Below, one piece after another: positions 1-9,800 of a stretch of 64,000 nucleotides of DNA. The translations under genes and the position numbers were made by a program. The notes below the pieces were generated by a model. That model was not told where the DNA came from. It did no database searches and saw only the letters and a program-made list of their open reading frames with translations. Position 1 is the first letter of the stretch, and every line of letters begins with the position of its first letter. The DNA is from Armatimonadota bacterium (GTDB lineage Bacteria > Armatimonadota > UBA5829 > DTLH01): contig JBDKSP010000077.1 of assembly GCA_039680575.1 (NCBI GenBank), forward strand, positions 1 through 64,000, written 5' to 3'.

Positions 1-126
1 CATAGTTGCTTGCTAACAATTCTACGGAGTCACAGGGCGAAGGATCACTCCTCCGCCCTTTTTCAATTCACGGGTGGTACAATTTCAGACCGGCCAGTTT
101 GGATCATTTTAGCACCGGCGGGGACA
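1..126 (-). mobile_element. Terminal region of an IS21-family insertion sequence (element continues beyond window start)
   Basis: Minus strand reads TGTCCCCGCCGGTGCTAAAATGATCCA-aactg-GCCGGTCTGAAATTGTACCA from 126: TG terminus plus tandem subterminal repeats typical of IS21 ends. The HARE-HTH frame turns to junk at this point. Confidence 0.65.
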
Positions 127-448
127 CAAAACTTTTTGAGCAGATTCAATGAAAGAGAGGCCCGTCGTCTCAGATGAAACAGTATCTTCTGTTTGCTTAT
201 ACTCTTCAGGTGTGATGACACAACCGTCGAAATTCTTTAAAGCAAAGGTCTGGGGTGCTACCTTGATGAATCTCGATTTGTCGCCATTCTTCTTGATATC
301 TGTATAAAGCCTTGCGCTCACCGTTGCTTCGGGTGTCTTGCCTGATGTCTGCCACAACCCGGCTCAAAGATCATTCAGTGATCTCCTTGGTGGTAAGTGC
401 TTTTCCTGCCCTTAATAGCACCCGCGCGGTAGCTTCACGGATGTTCAT
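127..448 (-). pseudogene. HARE-HTH (HB1/ASXL/restriction endonuclease HTH) protein remnant, Mrr-fusion-like
   Basis: ATG at 448 gives MNIREATARVLLRAGKALTTKEITE*; a shifted frame continues LWQTSGKTPEATVSARLYTDIK..SRFIKVAPQTFAL and begins a second repeat (LSFIESAQKVL) before the IS end. Confidence 0.7.
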
Positions 449-838
449 CGGTCATTTCTCCATCGACTCTAATGACATGCACAAGGTTATAATTCCATAG
501 GTTCCACACAAATCCAGCACATCGCTCTTTAAGATACTAATTAGACTTCTTTGTATTATATCACAGTGTTTTTCTATACTTGGTGACTAAATACTGGCAG
601 GTCGCCATCAGACACAACAATCGATGAATAACAGTTAGTTCGTATGGTGCTTGTACTGTGGAGCATTTGAATAGAGATCAGGTGTTGTGGACATCGGATT
701 AAGAAGAATCGAGAAAAAAGCTGACTGCCTGAGCTGTGCACCGAATAGAAAATAGTCCAAAGTCATACTCGTCGGAGTAAGCACAGCTTCATCCATTGCG
801 CGCCATGAACCGCCAACTCATGTCGGTGCTGGATTAGC

Positions 839-876
839 AAGCTAAGTCCCTGCCAATAGTGACAGGGACTTAGCTT
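839..876. terminator. 14-bp perfect hairpin downstream of the secreted-protein operon
   Basis: AAGCTAAGTCCCTG (839-852) / CAGGGACTTAGCTT (863-876), ~35 bp after the stop at 911. Confidence 0.6.
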
Positions 877-910
877 AGATGACACTGCTATAGCGGATAT
901 ACAAGCTCGA

Positions 911-1561
911 TCATTGAGCGTCGGAATCAGAAGAAGCTGGTTCTGCTGCTCTGCAGCACTCCTCAGCAAATTGCCGCAGGTCCACATCAGGATCATTCAA
1001 CCCTTCTTGAAGTGCTCCTAAAGCTGCCGACCTGACCTTTCCAGATCGGCTGATAGCCAAGTTCCTCAGTCCAACCATCGCACTCCTACGAACATCTGGC
1101 TTTCTGTCGTAGATAGATCGGTGTAGCAGCGTAGCAGACAAAGAGTCGGCAACAGTATTCTCCTTGGGTAAATTCTTACTCGAATCTAAGGTACACCTCA
1201 ACGCGAACACGGCTTTCTTGCGTGTCTCGTCATCCTGAGATTCCATCAATTCCTGGATAATGGCAATGGCAGCAGAACCCGAGCGATGTAATCCGTCTTT
1301 AAGAGCTTTCAGCGTAGCCGGTTTCGTAAGATCGAGTTCGCCTACAAGTTTTCGAGTCGAATTAGCTTCTTCGTCAGATAAAGCTGAGCCTTTCTCAAGA
1401 TCTGCCAATTGTGTAGTTGCCAATCCAGCCAATTCTTGGGGTGGCTCGCGGAAATAGAGACTACGTGAAGTATTCTTTCCGTCATCGGCAGCAAAACTCA
1501 TGGTTCCAATAGTGAAATAGCTTAACACTAGCAATGGCAAACATAACCATAGCTTTTTCAT
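911..1561 (-). CDS. Secreted HEAT-repeat protein
   Basis: Likely start MKKLWLCL at 1561 with signal peptide; HEAT-like motifs DETRKKAVFAL, PDVRRSAMVGL, DPDVDLRQFA. Confidence 0.7.
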   Translation of the reverse strand: MKKLWLCLPLLVLSYFTIGTMSFAADDGKNTSRSLYFREPPQELAGLATTQLADLEKGSALSDEEANSTRKLVGELDLTKPATLKALKDGLHRSGSAAIAIIQELMESQDDETRKKAVFALRCTLDSSKNLPKENTVADSLSATLLHRSIYDRKPDVRRSAMVGLRNLAISRSGKVRSAALGALQEGLNDPDVDLRQFAEECCRAAEPASSDSDAQ

Positions 1562-1658
1562 TGCAAATTCTCCTTTCTTATCTGTCAGGTCACAACCGGA
1601 TAGCAATAGACTGTGTCTTGAGCCTGTTCTACTGTATGGGTGCAATGCACAGTCTCAA

Positions 1659-2735
1659 TCATTCTTTGCCCTTCCAGACAAATTTTCCAGTCTTGTCTAT
1701 ATAGCTCGGCTCGCCACCAGCATCACGACTACTCAACCATATTCGTGCTAGCCCATTATGGAAACTTTCAGCTTGCTCGGCATATAGCTTGATGATAGTT
1801 CTGCCCTGTTTGTCTATAAAGGCAAAATATGGCATGTGAATATCATCATCAGGTGGACTATACCCACGATCTGACGGACAGATGGTCACTAGAGCCAAAC
1901 CATTTGAGAAGCTCTCAGCGTCAGAGAAGCGTGATGCAATTACCATCTTGCCGGTTTTATCTATGTAGCCCCATTTATTTGACTCGACACACACAGCAGC
2001 CAGTCTTTCAGAGAAATTCTTGGCATCTGAATATCTTGGCTTGATTACAACCTTGCCCTGCATGTCGATATAACCCAGCCTCCCATATTCCTCATCCGTT
2101 GGAACCGCAGCCAGACCCTCAGAAAACTTAATAGCTTTAAGATATTTTTTCTCTACATCCAAGACCCCTTTACTATTGATGTAGGCAAACTCCTTGTAGC
2201 CCTCCATTGCCGTAGGAAAACGTCTGCTAAGTATGATTTTGCCGGTCTTGTTTATGCACGCCAGTTCATCTTCATCTTTTAATGCGTTGAGCCATACATT
2301 CGCAAGCCCGTTGAGGAAACTGCCAGCTTCCTCAAACCGCGGCTTGATCACCCACTCACCATTTTTGTTGATGTAACCCCACTTTGTGTTTACGCCTTGG
2401 TTCTTGCTGACAGATACAGCAGCCAGTCCATCTGAAAAAGACGTCACCTCATTGAATCTGGGAGTGATTACGACCTTGCCCGTCTGATTGATGTAGCCAT
2501 ATCTGGCTTTGCTTCCAGCGCCTTGCTTTATGGAAGCAAGCCCCTCTGAGAAATAGTCGGCGCCATCGAACTGAGGCATGATGACCACCTTACCAGCCCT
2601 GTTGATGTAGCCCCATCGCGTGCCGCTCATAATTGGAAAAAGCTGGATCATCCCATCACTCGATGTACTCCAAGCCGGGAAGATACTTAGCAGTAATCCC
2701 AATAGAAGAATCACTATGAATATCTTTTGGTTCAT
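1659..2735 (-). CDS. WG-repeat (KWG/WG_beta_rep) secreted protein
   Basis: Signal peptide; repeated FSEGLA.V...WGYI.K.GK.VI.P.F units. Confidence 0.9.
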   Translation of the reverse strand: MNQKIFIVILLLGLLLSIFPAWSTSSDGMIQLFPIMSGTRWGYINRAGKVVIMPQFDGADYFSEGLASIKQGAGSKARYGYINQTGKVVITPRFNEVTSFSDGLAAVSVSKNQGVNTKWGYINKNGEWVIKPRFEEAGSFLNGLANVWLNALKDEDELACINKTGKIILSRRFPTAMEGYKEFAYINSKGVLDVEKKYLKAIKFSEGLAAVPTDEEYGRLGYIDMQGKVVIKPRYSDAKNFSERLAAVCVESNKWGYIDKTGKMVIASRFSDAESFSNGLALVTICPSDRGYSPPDDDIHMPYFAFIDKQGRTIIKLYAEQAESFHNGLARIWLSSRDAGGEPSYIDKTGKFVWKGKE

Positions 2736-2779
2736 AAAACACTACTTTCCAATAAATACGACTTCGGCATAATAGATAG

Positions 2780-3862
2780 CTATTTACCGGAAGCTTTATA
2801 GACGACAACATCCACCCCGTCTTTATTAAATATAAGGTGATAAATACTCCCATCCGGTGCCACTGTAATATTAGACGCGATGCCTTTGAAAGGACTACCC
2901 TGTAAGCGGAGATGTGTCATATATTTTCCATCAGCATCATACCGATTGAGAATTATATCTTTTCCTATTACAGCTGTTGCCGATATCTTTGCTGGGTTGG
3001 AGGAGCGAGCATACGAGATGGTAATGAAGCCACCTTGGCGATCACTGAGTGTTGCAGACACTCCGAACCTAACACCAGCATAATGAGAACTGTGTTCAGC
3101 TTTATTACCAAGTGAAATCTGCTTTACTAAAGTCCCGTCCATGTCGTACAACATGACATCAATAGATGAGGGAGGCTCTCCATCCGCTCCGGTCGATTTG
3201 TAGGCTAGTAGTCTTCCACTAGACTCCATCCCAAAGATTGGTAGAGCTTTTACCATTTTACCATCGCCATCGAGTACCAAACCCAGACTCCTAGGTTTGC
3301 GAGTGTTTTGGTCCCAACCATTCAGTTCGACGATTATATTGTCATTAGACATAACCGTCAGTTTGCCTCCAAATCCGCTTAGCAACTCTACATTTTGATC
3401 TTTTTCAACCTTGGCCATCTGTGATGGAGGAATAACCTCTACGCTTGAATAAGACCAGATGAGCTTGCCTGTCGGTGAAAACTTCGTAATACGAGAGTCC
3501 TGGCCTTCATTATGTACTACGATGTCTCCCTGTTTGTCGATATCGAATACCTGAATGTTGTCCAGCACCGTCCCAGTAACAGCCAATAGCTTCCCGGAAC
3601 CAGAGAACTTCTTAATCTTGCCGTTAATGTAATCTCCAATGTAGATATTTCCATTGCCGTCCACAGCAATGCCTCTCAAGCCTTCATTGCGCAGCCCTTC
3701 AGTGTTGGACTTTGTTTCGTCAACCCACGACACTCCTAACTGAGAGTCTAATACACCGAAATCAATCCGTGCAGTTTTGTGCGGATTGTAATCTATCTCC
3801 GCCTGCAAACTGGCATTCGATAAAACAACAAAAAATATCACGCTGAATATCCTAAATCTCAT
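2780..3862 (-). CDS. Secreted NHL-like beta-propeller protein
   Basis: Signal peptide; GIAVDGNGNIYIGD..NGKIKKF and ITVAPDGSIY blades. Confidence 0.75.
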   Translation of the reverse strand: MRFRIFSVIFFVVLSNASLQAEIDYNPHKTARIDFGVLDSQLGVSWVDETKSNTEGLRNEGLRGIAVDGNGNIYIGDYINGKIKKFSGSGKLLAVTGTVLDNIQVFDIDKQGDIVVHNEGQDSRITKFSPTGKLIWSYSSVEVIPPSQMAKVEKDQNVELLSGFGGKLTVMSNDNIIVELNGWDQNTRKPRSLGLVLDGDGKMVKALPIFGMESSGRLLAYKSTGADGEPPSSIDVMLYDMDGTLVKQISLGNKAEHSSHYAGVRFGVSATLSDRQGGFITISYARSSNPAKISATAVIGKDIILNRYDADGKYMTHLRLQGSPFKGIASNITVAPDGSIYHLIFNKDGVDVVVYKASGK

Positions 3863-3891
3863 TTAACCGAACCTCCTATTCTTTTGATCAA

Positions 3892-6800
3892 TTATTTTAC
3901 CACAAGCCTGAATTGCTTATAATTACACGTTGGATCATCATACGGGTCGTTCAACCAATCCTCAAGGCTCTGGTTCTCTTGAATCCTTACCACACTACCA
4001 GGAGGATTTCTGTTCGGACTGCCACCGGCTGCTTCTATGATGCTAATGTTATCTCCGTCTCGATAATATACAGAAACAACATGACCCTCGTGTCCTCGCC
4101 TAGTGTATTTGCAGTAGCATAGAATATCACCAGGTCCAAACGGATCGTCTTCAGGAAATGCTTCCGTGGTAACAGTATTTCCTGTATAAAGACTAGGCGT
4201 AGAGTGCACCCAAGCTAATCCTTGGTTGTTTCCCCAATTATATCCAGCCCACCGCGCTGCCTGAGATACTAATCCACGACAGTCTACACCATACCCACTG
4301 TAAGCGGAGCCTCCGTGCCAACTATCTGTGGATCTTCCGCCAAACCAATATCCACCAAACTCGTAAGGTTCACCTTTGTAAGCAAATATCCATCGCAAAT
4401 AATTGATTCTTCTGTCATTGGTGATACCGAAGTTGCGATGATCTCTTACCGCTATCCGAGTAGCCTTTTCATTATCAAGAGATGTCTTCTTTTGATTATC
4501 GAGTTGTACCGTGACTCTAAGTCGAACGAGACCCGAAGCACCAAACTCAATTCCATCATCGGTTGTACCCCAACCACTCCACGTTGACGGAGCGGCTTGG
4601 CGGTAATCATATTTTCTGCCAGATTCCCCTTTTGCATAGCAATGGTGGTAGCGTTTTCTCCAGGTAAAGGTTGGGATTCCCCAATTGGCAGTATCCCACT
4701 GATAAATCCTGGAGAACTTTGAACTCTCATCCGATAGCCATCGATAATCGGGCCAGTCGTTTGGTAGGTTAGAACCTTGTGCACCGTAGATGTGCCACGT
4801 TCCACCATCTCGCCAACCAGATTCTGCTGTGTCCTTGTCGCCAAGGTCGGTGTAAACTCTTTTTTGGCCATTAACGGTTGCCACAACCATAGCTTTAATG
4901 ACGACATCTGTATTGTCATATGGAAAAGCCATGTTGCTGGTCCCAGTGCCAACTGTTCTATAAGCTACATAGACAGCTGTTATCTGTGGAAGAGTAGAAA
5001 AACATGCCTTTACCTTCACCTTATCCTTGGCTCTGTTACCTATCCTGACTTTTACCTCATCATTACTAGTTGTGGTCGAAGATAATAGTGACCTCATTGC
5101 TGTTGCAACTTGTTCTTCAGTTTGGGATTGAACAGCTTCGATATAGAGTGTTACTGTTCGCTTATTACTGGTGAAACCCAATTGTGAAGCAGTAAAGGTT
5201 CCTGACGGAACATAATCGCCACCCTGTGTCACGTTCGCAGGATCCCGGGCTTGATCTCCGTTCTTTGTCCATATCCTGAAAGTTCCTGGAGCAGGCGTAT
5301 AAGTAAAGTCGGGATCTTCTCCCTCTCGCGTGACTCCCAAGGGGTCTGAAGCATCATATATCAATTCGATTTGATCCGAAGGTTCTAATGGTCGTTCTAG
5401 ATCGAGAACCAACGGTACGAATTCAGTTTGAGCCGATATGTCATCATTGTTACCTGGCTCATCGTCCCAGTTAAAACCATCAGCAAAACCTGGGATGTCA
5501 TCATCGTCGATGTCGTCGCTATCTATCTGAATTTGTTTTGCCATTGTAGCTTCAATTGAGTCTTCCTCAGACGACCTATCAGGCGGATCATCGCCGTTAT
5601 TGTTGTCCGAATCAACATCCAAATCTAGTTTAGTTCCTTGTAGCAATGCTTCCTTTAGACGCGGAAAATAGTAAGCACCCAAATCATCTTCTATTGAACC
5701 ATTGATAGCCAAGTCGATATAGTTATCGCTCGCTGTATCACCGTCAATGTAGACTTCAGCCCCAGACGTCGATAGCAGTGATATCACTTGCGCTTCTATG
5801 TAAACGCTGAATTCAGTCCCATCACCAGCAAAATGGAACTCAGAGTTTGTGGCAAGGGCTATGAGTTTTCGACCTGTGCCAGAAAGCATGTCGTTGGCCG
5901 ACGCAAGTGCATCCAGTTGAAGTTCGGGGCCATCATCACCACTGGATCCCGATTGATTGCCGAGATCTATCCATGTAGTTACTGCATCGAAATCACGTGT
6001 AAAATCAAGAGTGTTACACAGCTCATCCAGTACCTTGATTCCTGCTATTTTCACCCATGGAGTGTGCGTTCTGATGTAGTTTATCAGTTCTTCGAGCCCG
6101 CCTTTTGCTGATGCGCCGTTACTCATAGACCCCGTTACATCGAAACAGATGACCAAACCTACTTCAGCATTGGGATCATAACAGAAACTAGAAAGGGAGG
6201 CAGACGCCAGAGAAGTCTGCGAGGCAGACTGCATACTCATCATTTGACTGGCTCCTGCGACCTGAGCACTGATATTCATAAAGAGGTTGCCTTCGTCGCC
6301 GATGCCAGCTACAACGGTTACATATATTTGTCCTGAATCGTTTGTAGCACAGCTGCCGGACACCGGAGGCTCATCTATTGTGCCGGTCACCACATTATTT
6401 GTGATATTTGTTATCGATGATCCTGTGATCTGGACGATGATATTGGTTCCCGCGATTGGCTGTCCGGTTGAATCCTTAAGCGTGATCGTATAAGTCAGAT
6501 TGTCGCCAACAGCACAGTAAGGCGGGTTTGCTGTGATGTTTATCGTGTTCCAACTACTACCATCTGTTTCATCTGCCCCAATATCTACTATGTTATCCTG
6601 TGTTCTAGACTGGCCATCGATGTCGACATCCGGTAAACCAGGAGCACTGTTCCATCCCGCATCTTTACAAGGCGACCCCGGTTGTATATGAGGATCAGAA
6701 TTCACACTCGCTATCTTAGGATCAGACGAAATGTCACCAGACGGAGTCGGTGTCCAGGAGTAGTTGGAGGAACCGTTGCTCCAGACGTCATTGTTGCGTA

Positions 6801-9800
6801 TCTGGAATGTTGGCTGTCCGGATTCATACTTGTAAATACCGGACGAATTCGAGGATATAATGTTGTTGGCGATAACCAGAGCCGAGGTAATACTACGCAG
6901 GTAGATCCCTCCGCCGCCATACGTTGATGCTGTGTTGCTTGTGATCGTATTACCAACAATCTTACCATTGGAGTTTTCACAGTAGATTCCTCCGCCTCGT
7001 GAGTCTGATCGGAATCCCCGATTTCCAACAACCCAATTGTTCAGGATAGTTGGGAGGGAGTTATAGCAGTAGATTCCAGCGCCATCTGCTGAAGCTGTAT
7101 TGTATTTAATTGTATTGTTGGAGATAGTTGCACTAGCATTATTGCAGTAAATGCCGCCACCCTTGGTGGCACTACCATATTGTATTGTAAACCCATCGAC
7201 AATACAGCCCTGCCCGCCATCTATTGTCACGATTCGACCTGTTATGCCCGGGCTACCAAGGACAGTCACGTTTGTGGTCCAGTCTCTATCAGTTCTGTTT
7301 TCTTCAGAGCCACAGAAGCCACCATATACCTGAACGTATGACGGCAGTATAATGGACTCAGTGTACGTGCCCGATCTGACCCATACTTCACCTCCAACTG
7401 CAGAAGCAGAATCGATTCCAGCTTGCACTGTTCTTTTTGCTACTTCCCAAGACGACCCGTCGTTAGCGTCGTCTCCATCCGGGCTCACCATTACGACGCG
7501 AGGTGTTATGCTCCAAATAGTGCCATCAGACTCATCAGCACCAATATCAACTGTGCTTTCTTCCGGGTAAATCCTGGGATCTCCGTCGATATCCAACCAG
7601 TCTGATTGAACGAAGGTATTGTTTCCGGTTCCGACGCAGGGGGAATCTGACTGAATGTGCACATCGCCGGTGGTATAGTTAGCAAATTTAGGATCAATGG
7701 ATATATTCCCATTTGTTCCGGTAGGATCAGTTATCCCAGAGTAGTTGTATATCGTGTTCGCATATACACAGTTATTTCTTAACGTTGGCGTGTTTATGCC
7801 AGACTTATAGATACCTGAGGAGTTGAACGATACTATGTTGTTGCTAATACTCACTGCGCTATTATCGCAGTAAATACCTGCACCAGTTCCGGTTGCATAG
7901 TTAACTGCAATCGTATTGTTCAAGATGGACGACGAAGCTGAATAACAGTAGACAGCACTACCATTAGTTGCAGAGTTTGCCGTGAAGCAGTTGTTTGCAG
8001 CAATACCTTGAGCAGAGTAAAGATATAGCCCTCCGCCGTTCATTGCGTTGTTTGAGGTCAATGTATTGTTGGTGAGGTTTGGTGTCCCACCAGAGATGTA
8101 TATCCCACCGCCGCCGTCATAAGATCCGGTTCCACCAGCACTATTGGCTGTGATGATGTTGTTATTGATCTTGGGAAACGATGCGGTGCAATAGATACCA
8201 CCTCCATCATAAGTTGCAGTATTCGCTGTGATTGTGTTGTTTGCAATACTCGGAAAACCGTGGTTGCAGTATATACCTGCCCCGTATTGCGCTTTTCCGT
8301 TCTTGATTGTAAATCCATCGATTGATGTTGGGCCGGCAGTAGCAATGGTGACTACTGAGCCTCCCTGTTGCCCGTCTATGATGGTTCCTGAAGAACCTGT
8401 ATCTCGGTCATATTCATAAACCTCTTCTCCACAGAAACCTCCATAAACATAGACAAATGGGCTAAGAGACAGCCTTTCTGGATATTCTCCTTCCTTTACC
8501 CACACTTCTCCGCCGTCAGCACTTGCTCTTCCGATGGCAGCTTGAATAGTGCGCATAGTGGACTGCCACGTCGATCCGTCATCTGCATCGTCTCCATTTT
8601 GACTGACTCTCACTATGCTAGGAGAGACATCAGGTATGGTTCCGTCAGATTCATCTGCACCAATGTCAACGTTTCCTCCTGTTGGCTGTAACCTCGACTG
8701 GCCATCGAGATCAACCCATCCAGATTGCACATAGCCGTTGTTGCCAGTGCCTATACACGGAGAATCAGGCATAATGTGCATGTTGCCGTAGTCTCGGCTT
8801 GCTAATTTGGGATCGGCAGAGATATTCCCATTCTGCCCAATTGGATTCCAGCCACTAGCAAAATTAATGTCGTTACCATAAATACAGTTATTCTTAAGAG
8901 TTATTCCCCCAAGATAGCTGTATATTCCGTACGAATTGTAAGCAATGATATTATTTACAGCAGTGACCGAGCAATAATAAGAATAATATATACCGCCACT
9001 ACTGCCACCTCTGTTGTCTGTTATTGTGTTATTTATAATTGCAGGCGAACCACCATCAATGTAGATCCCACCGCTTGTACCACCACAATTAGCACTGATA
9101 CTATTGTTGGCGATTATTGGGGATGCCGACGTGCAATAAATGCCACCGCAGCCGCCGTTGTCCCCCGTTCCATTACCTACTATTCTATTATTGATGATAG
9201 TAGGATTCGCTCTATCGCAGTAGATTCCACCGGCAGCTCCGTTGCGGTTGCCCCAATTGCCTGTTATGACATTGTTGGCAATTCTGCCGGAACTGCAATC
9301 GCAGAATATCGCGCCAGCAGGAATATCATTCCATTCATCGGCTTTACCATTACTTATTGTGAACCCATCGATTGAGCAGCATCCACGCATCACTACTACG
9401 GTCCAGGTTTGATATCCATCCAAAAACGTGATGTTATCTTTCCAGTTCCTTTCAGAAAGGTTGGCTTCGGAACCTGCAAATCCCCCGAAAAGGTGAACAC
9501 AAGGAAGTAGCGTGACAGCCTCGCGATAAGTTCCGGCCCTGACCCAGACCTGTCCACCTTGTCCAGTAGTAGCATTGATAGCCGCTTGCACTGTCTGCTT
9601 AGCTGAAGACCAAGATGATCCATCATCCATATCGTTGCCTTCAGGGCTGACATAGATAATGTTAGTAGATCCAGTAGGCCAGATGGTACCGTCTGATTCA
9701 TCAGCACCGATGTCCACTGTTCCCTCTTCTGGCAGGATTCTGGGTTGATTATCCATATCGACCGACGGGAGACCCGAAGCAGAATTCCATCCAGCATTGA

